Source: Horticoccus luteus (GTDB lineage: Bacteria; Verrucomicrobiota; Verrucomicrobiia; Opitutales; Opitutaceae). Taken from it: 32,000 nucleotides of DNA. Under the pieces are notes generated by a model. The model searched no databases and was not told where the DNA came from. It was given only the letters and a program-made list of their open reading frames with translations. The number at the start of each line of letters is the position of its first letter. Position 1 is the stretch's first letter. Shown in pieces: positions 8,992 to 20,549 of this stretch. The stretch lies in NCBI RefSeq assembly GCF_019464535.1, contig NZ_CP080507.1:930001-962000 (forward strand). Direction: 5' to 3'. A program made the position numbers and the translations under genes.

Positions 8992-9570
8992 ATGTCTGCG
9001 CCAACAACCGCGCCTGCGGACTCCCAGTGGTTCGCTCTTCACACGCTCTCCGGTCAGGAGAACAAGGTGAAGAACTACATCGAGCGATTCAAGAAAGCGG
9101 AAGAGCTCGAGGACTCGATTTTCGAAGTCTTGCTGCCGACGGAAGTGGTTTCTGAGGTCAAGGGTGGCAAGAAGTCGACGAAGGTTCGCAAGCTTTATCC
9201 CGGTTACGTCTTCATCCAGATGCGCCTCTATGGTGAGGACGGCAAAGTCATCAACAAGCCGTGGTATTTCGTGAAAGAAGTCGCCGGCGTGATCGGCTTC
9301 GTCGGTGGCGACCATCCCGCCGCCTTGCGCCAATCGGAAATCGATGAGATTCGCGCTCGCATCGAAGCAGCCAACGGCAAGGAAGTGCCGAAAGTGCAAT
9401 ACTCGGTGGGCGAGGAAGTGAAGATCACCGATGGCGCGTTCGCCAACCTCACCGGCCGGATCGATGAGATCGATCCGGATCGCGGTAAATTGAAGATTTC
9501 TGTTTCCATTTTCGGCCGTTTTACGCCGGTCGAGCTCGAATACTGGCAGGTGCAACGCAACACCGAGTGA
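8992..9570 (+). CDS. nusG: transcription termination/antitermination factor NusG
   Basis: 192 aa. NGN domain (WFALHTLSGQENKVKNYIE, YPGYVFIQM) and C-terminal KOW (GEEVKITDGAFANLTGRIDEID). Confidence 0.97.
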   Translation: MSAPTTAPADSQWFALHTLSGQENKVKNYIERFKKAEELEDSIFEVLLPTEVVSEVKGGKKSTKVRKLYPGYVFIQMRLYGEDGKVINKPWYFVKEVAGVIGFVGGDHPAALRQSEIDEIRARIEAANGKEVPKVQYSVGEEVKITDGAFANLTGRIDEIDPDRGKLKISVSIFGRFTPVELEYWQVQRNTE

Positions 9571-9632
9571 TGCGACGCCTCTTTGTCACCGCCGCCCTCC
9601 GCTAAAGAAAACACCCGCCACTCCTCCCTCCC

Positions 9633-10058
9633 ATGGCCAAGAAAATCCAAGGCTACATCCGTCTTCAGCTGCCCGCCGGCGCCGCGAATCCCGCGCCTCC
9701 GGTAGGCCCCGCGCTCGGTGCCCAAGGCGTCAATATCATGGCGTTTTGCAAAGACTTCAATGCGCGCACCAAAGACCAGAACGGCATGATCCTGCCGGTC
9801 GTCATCACGGTCTATACAGACAAGAGCTTCACGTTCATTCTGAAGTCTCCCCCGGCCGGTGTCCTCCTCAAGAAGGCGGCCAATATCGCGTCGGGATCCG
9901 GCAAGCCCAATGTCGAGAAGGTCGGTAAAGTGACCCGCAAGCAGCTGGCCGAGATCTGGAAGCTCAAGAAGGCCGACATGAATGCCAAAGACGAAGAAGC
10001 TGGTATCCGGACCATCGCCGGCACCGCCCGCAACATGGGCATCGAGGTCATCGACTAA
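9633..10058 (+). CDS. rplK: 50S ribosomal protein L11
   Basis: 141 aa, [44 protein letters not shown]. Confidence 0.98.
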   Translation: MAKKIQGYIRLQLPAGAANPAPPVGPALGAQGVNIMAFCKDFNARTKDQNGMILPVVITVYTDKSFTFILKSPPAGVLLKKAANIASGSGKPNVEKVGKVTRKQLAEIWKLKKADMNAKDEEAGIRTIAGTARNMGIEVID

Positions 10059-10156
10059 CACTTTCGCAGCAAGACCCGGCGACCGCCCGGTTGCGCTGCA
10101 TTCAAACCAACTCACCGCGGGAGTCTTACCGACGTTCGCACCGCAAGGAGTCCTAC

Positions 10157-10852
10157 ATGCCCAAACTGCACAGCAAACGCTACAACAGCGCCGCCAAGGT
10201 TGCTGACCTCGTAAAGGAATATCCGCTCAAAGAAGCGGTCGACGTCCTCGCGAAGTTTCCGAAAGCCAAGTTCGACGAGACCGTCGAGCTCTCATTCCGC
10301 CTGGGCGTCGATGCGACGTCGGGCGACCAAAACGTGCGTGGCACCACTCCGTTGCCCCATGGCTCGGGCAAGAAGGTGCGCGTCCTAGTGTTCACTGACG
10401 ATCCGCAAAAGGCGATCGCGGCGGGCGCTGATCACGCCGGTTTGCAGGACATGATGCAAAAAATCAACGAGGGGTGGCTCGACTTCGACGTGGCGATTGC
10501 GACCACGGAGGCGATGAAGACGGTCCGCACCATCGCGCGCGTCCTCGGCCCCAAAGGCCTCATGCCGAATCCCAAATCCGGCACCGTCACCGACGATATC
10601 GTCGCGGGCATCAAGGCCGTGAAGGCCGGCCGCGTGGAGTACAAAATGGACAAGACGGCGAACATCGGCGTCGGCATCGGCAAACGTTCGTTCACCGGTG
10701 AGCAGATTTTGGAGAATGCCCAGTCGGTCATCGATGCGATCGGCAAGGCCAAGCCCTCCGGTTTCAAGGGCAACTACATCCGCAGCATCTTCATTTCCTC
10801 GAGCATGAGCCCGGGCGTGAAGATTGCGTCGACGGAATACAGCAAATACTAA
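10157..10852 (+). CDS. rplA: 50S ribosomal protein L1
   Basis: ATG at 10157 preceded by AAGGAG (10145-10150). 231 aa, MPKLHSKRYNSAAK...ETVELSFRLGVD...GTTPLPHGSGK. The track start at 10091 gives a non-homologous extension. Confidence 0.97.
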   Translation: MPKLHSKRYNSAAKVADLVKEYPLKEAVDVLAKFPKAKFDETVELSFRLGVDATSGDQNVRGTTPLPHGSGKKVRVLVFTDDPQKAIAAGADHAGLQDMMQKINEGWLDFDVAIATTEAMKTVRTIARVLGPKGLMPNPKSGTVTDDIVAGIKAVKAGRVEYKMDKTANIGVGIGKRSFTGEQILENAQSVIDAIGKAKPSGFKGNYIRSIFISSSMSPGVKIASTEYSKY

Positions 10853-10867
10853 AGCGAGGCCCGACCC

Positions 10868-11365
10868 ATGAGAGCCGAAAAACAATTCCTGATCGACGAG
10901 GTGCAAGCGCACCTCAAAAAGTCCGATTACGTCATTCTCGCGAACTTCACGAAGGTGACGGTCGCCGATGTCGCCAAATTGCGCGCGCAATTGGCGGCAG
11001 AAAACGCCGAGTATCACGTCGTTAAAAACAGCTCGTTGCGGGTGGCTGCGAAAGCATTGGGTTTGCCCGATATCGACAGCGCGCTGGCGGGCCAGACCGC
11101 CATCGTCGTCGGCGGAAAAACACCGTATGCCGTGGCGAAGGTGCTGAAGGGCTTCTTCAAGGACACCCAGAAGCTCGAGGTGAAGATTGGCGTGATTGAA
11201 AAGAAGCCGATCTCCGCCGAAGAACTGTCGCAATTGGCTGACTTGCCGTCGATGGACGTGCTTCGCGCCCAATTGCTGGGCTTGTTCACGCAGCACGGCG
11301 CGGCGTTTGTTCGCGTCCTCAACGAGAAGGTCAAAAAGGAGCAGCCTGCTGCTCCTGCGGCCTGA
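10868..11365 (+). CDS. rplJ: 50S ribosomal protein L10
   Basis: 165 aa. Position between rplA and rplL. Sequence includes ...VTVADVAKLRAQLAAENAEYHVVKNSSLRVA. Confidence 0.95.
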   Translation: MRAEKQFLIDEVQAHLKKSDYVILANFTKVTVADVAKLRAQLAAENAEYHVVKNSSLRVAAKALGLPDIDSALAGQTAIVVGGKTPYAVAKVLKGFFKDTQKLEVKIGVIEKKPISAEELSQLADLPSMDVLRAQLLGLFTQHGAAFVRVLNEKVKKEQPAAPAA

Positions 11366-11502
11366 ATCCCGTCTTACCAACCTTTAACCCAGATTTTTCC
11401 GACGCGAGTCGGAGAATAAAACATCAAACGCTTAGATCTAGGAGATACGTCTCTTAAATGCGCGGCTCCATCGCCGCCGCTAGACGAGAGCAGAAGAGTA
11501 CC

Positions 11503-11877
11503 ATGAGCAATATCACCAAAGACCAAGTTATCGAGTGGCTGTCCGCTCAGCCGATTCTCGAGCTCGCGCAGCTCGTCAAGGACCTCGAAGGCAAGTGGGG
11601 CGTATCCGCCGCCGCCTCTGTCGCCGCGGCCCCGGCCGCCGCTGCCGCTCCCGCAGCCGAGGCGCAGACCGAGTTCACCGTTGTCCTCAAGGAAGCGGGC
11701 GCGAACAAGATTGGCGTCATCAAGGAAGTGCGCGCGATCACTGGCCTCGGCCTCAAGGAGGCCAAGGACTTGGTCGAAGGCGCGCCGAAGCCCGTGAAGG
11801 AAAACGTCGCGAAGGCCGAAGCCGAGGATCTCAAAAAGAAACTCGAAGCGGCCGGTGCGAAGGTGGAGCTCAAATAA
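11503..11877 (+). CDS. rplL: 50S ribosomal protein L7/L12
   Basis: The ATG at 11503 gives [34 protein letters not shown], an Ala/Pro hinge, and C-terminal [43 protein letters not shown]. 124 aa. Confidence 0.97.
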   Translation: MSNITKDQVIEWLSAQPILELAQLVKDLEGKWGVSAAASVAAAPAAAAAPAAEAQTEFTVVLKEAGANKIGVIKEVRAITGLGLKEAKDLVEGAPKPVKENVAKAEAEDLKKKLEAAGAKVELK

Positions 11878-11915
11878 GCTTTGCCGGTTTTTTCCGCACA
11901 ACTTCCGATTTCTTC

Positions 11916-11957
11916 AGGACAGGCCGCGTTTCCGTGCGGCCTGTCCTTTGCCTTTTT
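11916..11957 (+). terminator. intrinsic terminator/attenuator between rplL and rpoB
   Basis: Perfect 12-bp stem AGGACAGGCCGC (11916-11927) / GCGGCCTGTCCT (11936-11947), followed by TTGCCTTTTT. It sits where the classical rplL-rpoB attenuator lies in other bacteria. Confidence 0.8.
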
Positions 11958-12041
11958 CCGGTTAGTACCTTTGTTAGTCCGTCGCGCCTCATCGTAAGAG
12001 TCGCGACATTTTGATTTTTGCCCTCCTCAACGGGAATTCCC

Positions 12042-15000
12042 ATGGCCGATCGTCACCAAACAGAACGCGTCAACTTCGGCAAGCTCCGCGAAGTCATCCA
12101 GCCGCCCAACCTGATCGAAATCCAGATCACGTCGTATCTCGATTACCTTCAAAAAGGCGTGCCCGAGAAACAGCGCAAGCCGCAAGGCCTTGAGGCCGTT
12201 TTCCGTGAGGTGTTTCCCATCGAGTCTTACGATGGCCGGCTTACGCTGGAATACGTTTCCTACAATCTGGGCGAGCCGAAAAGCTCCGAGATCGACTGCA
12301 TCCGCGATGGCACGACCTACTCGGTGCCGCTTTACGTGAAGCTGCGCCTGCGCGAAGAAGATTTCATCAAGGATGAGGATATCTATATGGGCGAGATCCC
12401 GATGGTGACGGAGCGTGGCTCCTTCATCATCAACGGGGCCGAGCGCGTCGTCGTCTCGCAATTGCATCGTTCGCCGGGCATTGCCTTCGAAGTCACGCCG
12501 CACCCGAACGGCAAGCTTTTGCATTCGTTCCGCATCATTCCGGATCGCGGGACTTGGCTGGAAGTGCAGTTCGATAATAATGATTTGCTCTACGTCTATC
12601 TCGATCGTCGCCGCCGTCGCCGTAAGTTCCTGATCACGACGTTGCTTCGCGCCATCGGCTTTTCGAACGACATCGATCTGCTCAATCTGTTCTACGAGAT
12701 TAAGGAGCTCAAGGTTGCGAAGGCTCTTGACCTCGAAAACGTCAGTTCGCTCGTGCTCGTGGAAGATGCGATCGACGCCCAAAAGGGCGTGGTGCTGGCC
12801 CGCGCGTTTGAACCTCTCACGAAAGCGGTCGTCCGTACGTTCGAGAAACACGACATCACGTCGATGCGTGTCATCGACACATCGTTGGACGATGGCGCCA
12901 TTATCCGCGCGCTAAAGAAGGATCCAACCCGCAACGAAGAGGAGGCGCTCAAGGAAATCTATAAGCGCCTTCGTCCGGGCGAGCCGCCGACCACCGCCAA
13001 TGCGAAGGCGTTGCTCAAGCGACTGTTCTTCGACCCGAAGCGTTACGATCTCGGGCGCGTTGGTCGTTACAAGATCAACCAGAAGCTGGGCCTCAAGGCG
13101 GAGATTGAACAACGCATCCTCGAGAGCGCAGACGTGGTCGCGGCGACGAAATATTTGGTGCGCCTGAAAAAGGGCGAAGGTGTCGTCGATGATATTGACC
13201 ACTTGGGTTCGCGCCGCGTCCGCACGGTGGGCGAGTTGCTCGCCAATCAATGCCGTGTCGGCTTGAGCCGCACGGAACGCTTGGTGCGCGAGCGCATGAC
13301 GATGTATGATCAGAGCGTCGACTCGATCACGCCGCAGAAGCTCATCAACCCGAAAGCTCTCACGACGGTCATTCGCGACTTCTTCGCCCGCAGTCAGCTC
13401 TCGCAGTTCATGGATCAGATCAACCCGCTGGCCGAGGTGACGCATAAGCGCCGCCTTTCCGCGCTCGGGCCGGGTGGTCTTAACCGCGAACGGGCCGGCT
13501 TCGAGGTGCGCGACGTCCATCCGTCGCACTACGGGCGAATCTGCCCGATCGAGACCCCGGAAGGTCCGAACATCGGTCTGATCAACTCCCTGTCGACGTA
13601 TGCTCGCGTCAACGAATTTGGTTTCATCGAGACGCCCTATCGCACCGTCAAAGACGGTCGCGTGACGGACAAGATCGACTATCTCACGGCGGATCAGGAA
13701 GAGGCTAAAGTGATCGCTCAGGCGAACGCCGAGATCGACGACAAAGGCCATTTCGTCGGCAAAGTCACTGTGCGAAAGGACGGCGAATTTCTCGAAGTCC
13801 CGGCGGACGAAGTCGACTTCATGGACGTCTCGCCCAAGCAGGTGATTTCGATCGCGGCTGGAATGATCCCGTTCCTCGAGCACGACGATGCGAATCGCGC
13901 CCTCATGGGTGCGAACATGCAGCGCCAAGGTGTGCCGCTGCTCCAGGCGGAAGCGCCTTTCGTCGGCACGGGCATCGAAGAACGCGTGGCGCGCGATTCG
14001 AAGATCGTGGTTGTCGCGGAAGAAGCGGGTGTAGTGGCGGCGGTTGACGCCAAACGCATCGTCATCACGCGCGACGGGGACTTGCCGCGCAATCTCAAGA
14101 ACGATCCGAAAAACGGCGTTCGCATCTACGAGCTGCGCAAGTTCATGCGTTCCAACGCAGGCACTTGCTTCAATCAACGGCCGATCGTCAAGCAGGGCCA
14201 AAAGATCAAGGCCGCGCAGATTATCGCTGACGGTCCGTCGACCGATCAGGGTGAAATGGCACTCGGACGCAATGTGCTTGTGGGCTTCATGCCCTGGAAC
14301 GGTTATAACTTCGAAGACGCGATCCTGATTTCCGAAAAGGTTCTCAAGGAAGACATCTTCACTTCGATCCATATTCAGGAGTTCGAAGTGACGGCGCGTG
14401 ATACCAAGCTCGGGCCGGAAGAAATCACGCGGGATATCCCGAATGTGGGTGAAGAGGCGCTCAAAAACCTCGACCATAACGGCGTCATCCGGATCGGCGC
14501 GGAAGTGAAACCTGGCGACATCCTCGTCGGCAAGATCACGCCCAAGTCCGAAACCGAACTCGCTCCGGAAGAGAAGTTGCTGCGCGCCATCTTCGGCGAA
14601 AAGGCCGCGGATGTGAAGGACACCTCTCTGGTGGTCCCGTCCGGTGCGGCCGGCATTGTGATGGACGTGAAGGTTTCTTCCCGGATCGATAATCAGGAGG
14701 AGAAGCTTTCTCCGTCCGATCGTCGTCGTCAGGTGAAGCAGATCCAAGAGGAATACAAAACGCAGATGGACAAGTTGCGCGAGGGTCTCACCGAGGCTCT
14801 TTCCAACATTCTCCTCGGCGAGAAGATTCCGCTCGATGTCATCAACGGCGAGACCGGTGAAATCATCATCCCCGCCAATCGCAAGATCACCAAGACCTTG
14901 CTCCGCAAACTCGCGGCGGTGTCGAAGCACGTCCAGATCGACCCGTCGCCGGTGCGCATCAAGATCATGGAGATCATCGGCTCGTATCAGACGAAGTTCG

Positions 15001-15818
15001 ACGAGCTCGAGACGGATCGCGAACGCAAGATCGGCGCGATCGAAGCGGGCGAGGGCGACGGCACGGGTGCGATCAAGCAGGTGAAGGTCTACATCGCTAC
15101 GAAGCAAAAGCTCGAAGTCGGTGACAAGATGGCAGGTCGTCACGGTAACAAGGGTGTGGTCGCCAAGATCGTGCCCGAGGAAGATATGCCGTTCCTCCCG
15201 GATGGCACGCCGATCGAAATCTGCCTCAACCCGTTGGGCGTGCCTTCGCGCATGAACATTGGGCAGGTGCTCGAGACGCATCTCGGTTGGGCCTGCAAAA
15301 AGCTGGGTCTCAAAATCGCCACGCCGGTATTCGACGGCATTCCGGAAAAGAAAATCCGCGAATACCTCCGCGATGCGAAGCTGCCGCCCTCCGGCAAGAC
15401 TCCGCTGTTCGACGGCCGCACCGGCGAGAAGATCGACCAAGAAGTCGTCGTTGGCTACATCTACATGATGAAGCTGAACCATCTCGTGTCGCACAAGATT
15501 CACGCCCGCGCGGTCGGTCCGTATTCGCTCGTGACGCAGCAGCCGTTGGGCGGCAAAGCCCAATATGGCGGTCAGCGTTTCGGCGAAATGGAAGTGTGGG
15601 CGCTCGAAGCGTATGGCGCGGCGCACACCCTCCAAGAACTGCTCACCGTCAAGTCCGACGACGTGCAGGGACGCACCAAGATCTACGAGTCGCTCGTCAA
15701 GGGTGACAACACCCTGACGGCCGGCACGCCGGAATCCTTCAACGTGTTGATCAAGGAAATCCAGTCCCTCGGTCTCGATATCAAGCTTAACAAACGTGAT
15801 GCGCTGGCGCTCGGCTAA
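12042..15818 (+). CDS. rpoB: DNA-directed RNA polymerase subunit beta
   Basis: ATG at 12042 ([28 protein letters not shown]). 1258 aa with conserved blocks [49 protein letters not shown] and [19 protein letters not shown]. Confidence 0.99.
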   Translation: MADRHQTERVNFGKLREVIQPPNLIEIQITSYLDYLQKGVPEKQRKPQGLEAVFREVFPIESYDGRLTLEYVSYNLGEPKSSEIDCIRDGTTYSVPLYVKLRLREEDFIKDEDIYMGEIPMVTERGSFIINGAERVVVSQLHRSPGIAFEVTPHPNGKLLHSFRIIPDRGTWLEVQFDNNDLLYVYLDRRRRRRKFLITTLLRAIGFSNDIDLLNLFYEIKELKVAKALDLENVSSLVLVEDAIDAQKGVVLARAFEPLTKAVVRTFEKHDITSMRVIDTSLDDGAIIRALKKDPTRNEEEALKEIYKRLRPGEPPTTANAKALLKRLFFDPKRYDLGRVGRYKINQKLGLKAEIEQRILESADVVAATKYLVRLKKGEGVVDDIDHLGSRRVRTVGELLANQCRVGLSRTERLVRERMTMYDQSVDSITPQKLINPKALTTVIRDFFARSQLSQFMDQINPLAEVTHKRRLSALGPGGLNRERAGFEVRDVHPSHYGRICPIETPEGPNIGLINSLSTYARVNEFGFIETPYRTVKDGRVTDKIDYLTADQEEAKVIAQANAEIDDKGHFVGKVTVRKDGEFLEVPADEVDFMDVSPKQVISIAAGMIPFLEHDDANRALMGANMQRQGVPLLQAEAPFVGTGIEERVARDSKIVVVAEEAGVVAAVDAKRIVITRDGDLPRNLKNDPKNGVRIYELRKFMRSNAGTCFNQRPIVKQGQKIKAAQIIADGPSTDQGEMALGRNVLVGFMPWNGYNFEDAILISEKVLKEDIFTSIHIQEFEVTARDTKLGPEEITRDIPNVGEEALKNLDHNGVIRIGAEVKPGDILVGKITPKSETELAPEEKLLRAIFGEKAADVKDTSLVVPSGAAGIVMDVKVSSRIDNQEEKLSPSDRRRQVKQIQEEYKTQMDKLREGLTEALSNILLGEKIPLDVINGETGEIIIPANRKITKTLLRKLAAVSKHVQIDPSPVRIKIMEIIGSYQTKFDELETDRERKIGAIEAGEGDGTGAIKQVKVYIATKQKLEVGDKMAGRHGNKGVVAKIVPEEDMPFLPDGTPIEICLNPLGVPSRMNIGQVLETHLGWACKKLGLKIATPVFDGIPEKKIREYLRDAKLPPSGKTPLFDGRTGEKIDQEVVVGYIYMMKLNHLVSHKIHARAVGPYSLVTQQPLGGKAQYGGQRFGEMEVWALEAYGAAHTLQELLTVKSDDVQGRTKIYESLVKGDNTLTAGTPESFNVLIKEIQSLGLDIKLNKRDALALG

Positions 15819-15858
15819 GCCGCGCCGCGCCAAGTTCTCACCTAACGGGAGATTATAA

Positions 15859-18800
15859 ATGAGTATCCAACCTAACGAAGCTGCCGGTTCGATCGCGCGC
15901 GATGAGGCCCGGGCTGCGCTCGGCCTCGATGAGAATCCGTTCGACTGCGTTTCGATCACCGTCGCGTCGCCCGACACCATCCGCAAATGGTCGAAGGGCG
16001 AAGTCAAGAATCCCGAGACGATCAACTATCGCACCTTCAAGCCCGAGCCGGGTGGTCTCTTCTGCCAGAAGATCTTCGGCCCGGTGCGCGACTACGAGTG
16101 CGCCTGCGGAAAATACAAACGCATCAAATACAAGGATGTGGTCTGCGATCGCTGCGGCGTCGAAGTGACGATTGCGCGCGTTCGTCGCGAACGCATGGGC
16201 CACATCGAGCTCGCGGTGCCGGTGGCGCATATCTGGTTTCTGAAGTCGATGCCGAGCCGCCTCGGTTTGTTGCTCGATATGACGGCGCGCTCCCTTGAGC
16301 GCGTGATCTACTATGAGAACTTCATGGTCGTCGATCCGGGCAAAACGCCGCTCGAACCGCGTCAGTTGCTGACCGATTCCGAGTATCGTCAGGCGCTCGA
16401 AGAATACGGTGACGATTCCTTTGTGGCGAAGATGGGTGCGGAAGCCGTGCGCGATTGCCTCAAGGCGATGGACATGGATGCGACGGTGGCCGAGTTGCAG
16501 GAGCAGATGCGCGCCACGCGTTCGAAGCAGATCAAGAAGAAGCTCTCGAAGCGTCTCAAGGTTATCCAAGGCTTCATTCATTCCCGCAGCCGTCCCGAGT
16601 GGATGGTGCTCGAAGTGTTGCCCGTGATCCCGCCGGATCTGCGTCCGCTCGTTCCGCTGGAAGGCGGCCGCTTCGCAACCTCCGATCTCAACGATCTCTA
16701 TCGGCGCGTCATCAACCGCAACAATCGGTTGAAGAACCTGATGCAGCTCAAAACGCCGGACGTTATCATCCATAATGAAAAGCGCATGCTGCAAGAGGCC
16801 GTAGACGCGCTCTTCGACAACGGTCGCCACGGGCGCCCCGTCACCGGTGCCGGCAATCGGCCCTTGAAGTCCCTCTCGGACATGCTCAAGGGCAAGCAGG
16901 GTCGTTTCCGGCAGAATTTGCTCGGCAAGCGCGTCGACTATTCGGGCCGTTCGGTCATTGTCATCGGTCCTGAGCTCAAGCTCAACCAATGCGGTTTGCC
17001 CAAGAAAATGGCGCTCGTGTTGTTCGAGCCCTTCATCATTCGCCGTCTTAAGGAGCTTGGCTTCGTGCACACCGTCCGCGGTGCGCGCAAGATGATCGAG
17101 AAGAAGTCGCCGGAAGTTTGGGACATTCTTGAAGAGGTGACGAAGGGCCATCCGGTGCTGCTGAACCGCGCACCGACGCTCCATCGCCTGTCGATTCAGG
17201 CTTTTGAACCGACCTTGATCGAAGGCGAGGCCATCCGTATTCATCCCCTCGTCTGCACCGCTTACAACGCGGACTTCGACGGCGATCAAATGGCCGTCCA
17301 CGTGCCGCTTTCCTTGGAAGCGATCATGGAGTGCAAGCTCCTCATGATGGCGACGTCGAACATCTTTTCGCCATCGTCGGGCAAGCCGATCCTCACGCCG
17401 TCGCAGGACATCGTTCTCGGGGCGTATTATCTCACGATCGAACCACGCAAGAAGCTGGAAAAAGGGACGCATGTTCCTCTGCTCAGCGGCCTCCAAGAGG
17501 TGCTCTACGCGAAAGCGGACGGAGCCCTCAAGGTCCACGATTGGGTCGAAATCCCCAACCCGGATTTTGGCCGCGAGACGGTGTTCGGGAATAAGGAAAA
17601 GCGCACCCTCCGCTCAACGGTAGGCCGCGTGATCTTCAACCAAATCTGGCCGGCCGCGCTGGGTTTCGTGAATTTCCCGGTTCCGAAAGCCAAGTTGGGC
17701 GATCTGATTCTAAACACCTACAAAACGTCGGGCAACCACGTCACGGTGGAGACCCTCGACAAGCTCAAGGAACTCGGCTTCCAGACTGCGTTTCAAGCGG
17801 GTATTTCGATCGGTATCGACGACATGATCATTCCGGAGGCGAAGAAAGATATCGTCGCCGACACCCGGAAGAAAATCGCGGAAGTCGAAGCCCAGTTTAA
17901 CAAGGGCATCATCACCGAAGGCGAGCGGAAGAACAAAGTCATCGATCTCTGGACCAGCACGACCGATCGCATCGCGAAGGAAGTGTTCACCAAACTCGAA
18001 GGCAACGATGGCCGCCCTGAAGTGAACCCGGTTTACATCATGATGGACTCGGGTGCGCGCGGTAACAAACAGCAGGTCCGCCAGCTTTGCGGCACTCGCG
18101 GTTTGATGGCCAAGCCCTCCGGCGAAATCATCGAACGGCCGATTTTGTCCTCATTCCGCGAGGGCCTCACGGTGCTCGAATACTTCATCTCGACCCACGG
18201 TGCCCGCAAGGGTCTCGCGGATACCGCGCTCAAGACCGCGGACGCTGGCTATCTCACGCGCAAACTTTGCGACGTGGCGATGGACGTCATCATCGCGGAA
18301 GACGATTGCGGTTCGCGCGATGGCGTTTGGAAGAAGGCGATCTTCGAGGGCGACGACGAAATCGTCGGCCTGCGTGAACGCATTGTGGGACGCTTCTCCA
18401 GCGACGATATCTATAATCCGCTCAATCCCACCGAACTGCTGCTTGGTTCGGGCGAGCTGATCTCGGAAGAGGTCGCGAGCCGCATTGAGGATGTCGGTAT
18501 CGAGCGCGTCAAAGTCATGTCGCCGCTCACGTCGCCCACCAAGGACGGCATCGATGCCAAATCTTACGGCATCAACCCCGCGACCAACCGCGTGGCGAAA
18601 ATCGGCGACTCTGTCGGCATCATCGCAGCGCAATCGATCGGTGAACCTGGCACGCAGCTCACGATGCGAACCTTCCACATCGGTGGTGTCGCCTCTGGCG
18701 GCTTCAAGATGCCGGAAATTCGCGTCCGCGCCGCCGGCCGGGTGAAATATCGCGGGTTGCGACTTGTCGGCACCGCCGAAGGCGCCGCCATCGTCCTCAA

Positions 18801-20007
18801 TAAAACGGGCACCATCCAGATCCTCGATGCCGAGGAAAAGGAATTGGAAACCTACAATATTGTGGTCGGCTCATTCCTGCACGTCGCCGATGGCGCGCAG
18901 ATTGAGAAAGGCGCCGTGCTCGCGCAGTGGGATCCTTACAACATTCCGGTGCTCTCTGAAAAGGGCGGTGGTTTGGCGTTCAAGGACATGATTCCTGGGG
19001 TCACCGTGAAACGTGAACTCGACGAATCAACCGGTCGGATCGCGACCGTCGTCATCGAACACAAGGAGGATCTCAATCCGCAGATCGAAGTGCGCGACGC
19101 GAAGGGCAAGCCCCTCGCTGCTTACTCTATTCCAGTCGGTGCACAGATCGCGGTGAACGAAGGCGACACCATCGCTCCCGGCGCTTTGCTCGCCAAAACC
19201 CCGCGCCAAGCATCCAAAACGAAGGACATCACCGGCGGTTTGCCCCGCGTGGCCGAGCTTTTCGAAGCACGTCGCCCGAAGGATGCGGCCGAAATGTCGC
19301 GTATCGACGGTATCGTATCGTTTGAAGGCACCGTCCGCGGCAAGCGGAAGCTCGTCGTGAAGAATGACGAGACGGCGCAGGAAGAGGAGCACCTCATCCC
19401 GACGGGCAAGCACATCATCGTTCAACCGGGCGACGTTGTGCACAAAGGCCAGCATCTGACGGAAGGCGCCGCCGACCCGCACGAAATCCTGGAAATCCTC
19501 GGGCCTTCTGCGCTCTACGACTTCCTGATTTCGCAAGTGCAGGAAGTTTACCGCCTTCAGGGCGTAACGATCAACGACAAGCACATCGAGATCATCATCC
19601 GCCAAATGCTCCGCAAAGTTCGCATCACCGATCCGGGCGATAGCGAATACTTCTGGGGCGAACAGGTGGACCGGGCGACGTTCTTGTCAGACAATCGGCG
19701 CATCGAAGAGGCCGGCGGCAAGCCCGCGGAAGCGGAGCCGATTCTGCTCGGCATCACGAAAGCGTCGCTCGAAACCGAAAGCTTCATTTCGGCGGCGAGT
19801 TTCCAAGAGACGACGCGCGTCCTTACCGACGCGTCAACCCTCGGCAAAATTGACGTCCTGAAGGGCTTCAAAGAAAACGTGATCATGGGCCATTTGATTC
19901 CTGCAGGCACGGGCCTCCCGAAGTTCAAGAAGCTCAAAATTACGCTGCCGTTCGGCGCAGATCTTCCGCTGGAGGAGTCTGAGGCCAAGGTTGAAACCGC
20001 GAGCTAA
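15859..20007 (+). CDS. rpoC: DNA-directed RNA polymerase subunit beta'
   Basis: 1382 aa. Zn-binding [23 protein letters not shown], catalytic [12 protein letters not shown], and [17 protein letters not shown]. Confidence 0.99.
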   Translation: MSIQPNEAAGSIARDEARAALGLDENPFDCVSITVASPDTIRKWSKGEVKNPETINYRTFKPEPGGLFCQKIFGPVRDYECACGKYKRIKYKDVVCDRCGVEVTIARVRRERMGHIELAVPVAHIWFLKSMPSRLGLLLDMTARSLERVIYYENFMVVDPGKTPLEPRQLLTDSEYRQALEEYGDDSFVAKMGAEAVRDCLKAMDMDATVAELQEQMRATRSKQIKKKLSKRLKVIQGFIHSRSRPEWMVLEVLPVIPPDLRPLVPLEGGRFATSDLNDLYRRVINRNNRLKNLMQLKTPDVIIHNEKRMLQEAVDALFDNGRHGRPVTGAGNRPLKSLSDMLKGKQGRFRQNLLGKRVDYSGRSVIVIGPELKLNQCGLPKKMALVLFEPFIIRRLKELGFVHTVRGARKMIEKKSPEVWDILEEVTKGHPVLLNRAPTLHRLSIQAFEPTLIEGEAIRIHPLVCTAYNADFDGDQMAVHVPLSLEAIMECKLLMMATSNIFSPSSGKPILTPSQDIVLGAYYLTIEPRKKLEKGTHVPLLSGLQEVLYAKADGALKVHDWVEIPNPDFGRETVFGNKEKRTLRSTVGRVIFNQIWPAALGFVNFPVPKAKLGDLILNTYKTSGNHVTVETLDKLKELGFQTAFQAGISIGIDDMIIPEAKKDIVADTRKKIAEVEAQFNKGIITEGERKNKVIDLWTSTTDRIAKEVFTKLEGNDGRPEVNPVYIMMDSGARGNKQQVRQLCGTRGLMAKPSGEIIERPILSSFREGLTVLEYFISTHGARKGLADTALKTADAGYLTRKLCDVAMDVIIAEDDCGSRDGVWKKAIFEGDDEIVGLRERIVGRFSSDDIYNPLNPTELLLGSGELISEEVASRIEDVGIERVKVMSPLTSPTKDGIDAKSYGINPATNRVAKIGDSVGIIAAQSIGEPGTQLTMRTFHIGGVASGGFKMPEIRVRAAGRVKYRGLRLVGTAEGAAIVLNKTGTIQILDAEEKELETYNIVVGSFLHVADGAQIEKGAVLAQWDPYNIPVLSEKGGGLAFKDMIPGVTVKRELDESTGRIATVVIEHKEDLNPQIEVRDAKGKPLAAYSIPVGAQIAVNEGDTIAPGALLAKTPRQASKTKDITGGLPRVAELFEARRPKDAAEMSRIDGIVSFEGTVRGKRKLVVKNDETAQEEEHLIPTGKHIIVQPGDVVHKGQHLTEGAADPHEILEILGPSALYDFLISQVQEVYRLQGVTINDKHIEIIIRQMLRKVRITDPGDSEYFWGEQVDRATFLSDNRRIEEAGGKPAEAEPILLGITKASLETESFISAASFQETTRVLTDASTLGKIDVLKGFKENVIMGHLIPAGTGLPKFKKLKITLPFGADLPLEESEAKVETAS

Positions 20008-20027
20008 GTCGATCGGATCCAACGACG

Positions 20028-20067
20028 AAAGGCCGCCGGCATATTCGCCGGCGGCCTTTTTGTTTTT
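20028..20067 (+). terminator. rho-independent terminator after rpoC
   Basis: Perfect 10-bp GC stem GGCCGCCGGC (20031-20040) / GCCGGCGGCC (20047-20056), loop ATATTC. Flanked by AAA upstream and TTTTTGTTTTT downstream. Confidence 0.9.
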
Positions 20068-20421
20068 GGGCAGCATCTTCGTTGCAGAAAACGACAGGGA
20101 TTCCCACGCGCGCACCGGGCCGATAGCATCTGCCAAGGCGAGCGAGCGTGCCCAGCAGATTGGCGAAGAGAGCGGGGAACCGGCTTGCCAAATGAGTCGC
20201 TTCGCCCTGGAACACTCAGAGCGATTGCAAGAGAACAAGCACTAGCTGCTGAGCGAAAGTTGGGGTGAGGGAACGTGTTTCAAGCGGGCAGGGCAGAATG
20301 ATCAGGCGTTTTCTTTCGGCGTGCGGGAATTCTTCTTGAAGTATTCCAGGCGGCGCGGCTTGCTCGTCAGCTCCCTTCGTCACTTCGCTGTCTTCTGGCT
20401 TTTGCCAGACACACAAGTCGC

Positions 20422-20470
20422 CGCGAAATCCGGAATGAAGACCGGAAATTCGCGTTTATCTTTTCTTTTT
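20422..20470 (+). terminator. candidate second intrinsic terminator in the rpoC-rpsL gap
   Basis: CGCGAAATCCGG (20422-20433), loop AATGAAGA, CCGGAAATTCGCG (20442-20454). This gives 6 + 5 bp around a small internal loop, followed by TTTATCTTTTCTTTTT. It is oriented for + strand transcripts only. Confidence 0.45.
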
Positions 20471-20504
20471 GCCAAAAACTTCTTGCCGAGTTTTTGGCAG
20501 AAGG
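20465..20504 (+). promoter_or_regulatory. long A/T-rich inverted repeat about 45 nt upstream of the rpsL start (leader hairpin or operator)
   Basis: TGCCAAAAACT (20470-20480) / AGTTTTTGGCA (20489-20499) is a perfect 11-bp core. It extends to about 16 bp with two G:T wobbles (20465-20504); loop TCTTGCCG. Its 5' arm overlaps the T-tract of the preceding hairpin. Confidence 0.4.
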
Positions 20505-20549
20505 TAGCGTCTTCCCCTTTTCTCGAATTTTCACTCTGTCCCTCTCGTT

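Noticed and set aside
12912-16025. 1037-aa minus-strand ORF covering most of rpoB
   Set aside because: It is antisense to a certain rpoB and codon-aligned with it (12912-12042 = 870, divisible by 3). Antisense stops can therefore arise only from sense TTA, CTA or TCA codons, which this GC3-biased gene evidently avoids over about 970 codons. The translation is Arg/Asp/Leu-rich low complexity with no recognisable motif. Classic shadow ORF.
15853-17538. 561-aa minus-strand ORF over the 5' third of rpoC
   Set aside because: Same explanation: it is codon-aligned with rpoC (15853 is 6 nt before 15859), it is antisense to a conserved gene, and its composition is junk-like.
20175-20189. GGAACCGGCTTGCC, reminiscent of the 3' P4 strand of RNase P RNA
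   Set aside because: The obligatory partner motif GAGGAAAGTCC and other conserved RNase P elements are absent on either strand of the gap.
19991-20245. 84-aa + strand ORF starting inside the rpoC 3' end
   Set aside because: It reads straight through the strong rpoC terminator hairpin and T-tract, and its frame overlaps the rpoC coding end.
20216-20416. 66-aa minus-strand ORF (GTG start) in the rpoC-rpsL gap
   Set aside because: Many A/T-ending codons, unlike neighbouring genes. No SD or CCATG context, no hydrophobic or motif content, and it would be convergent with rpoC with no terminator of its own.
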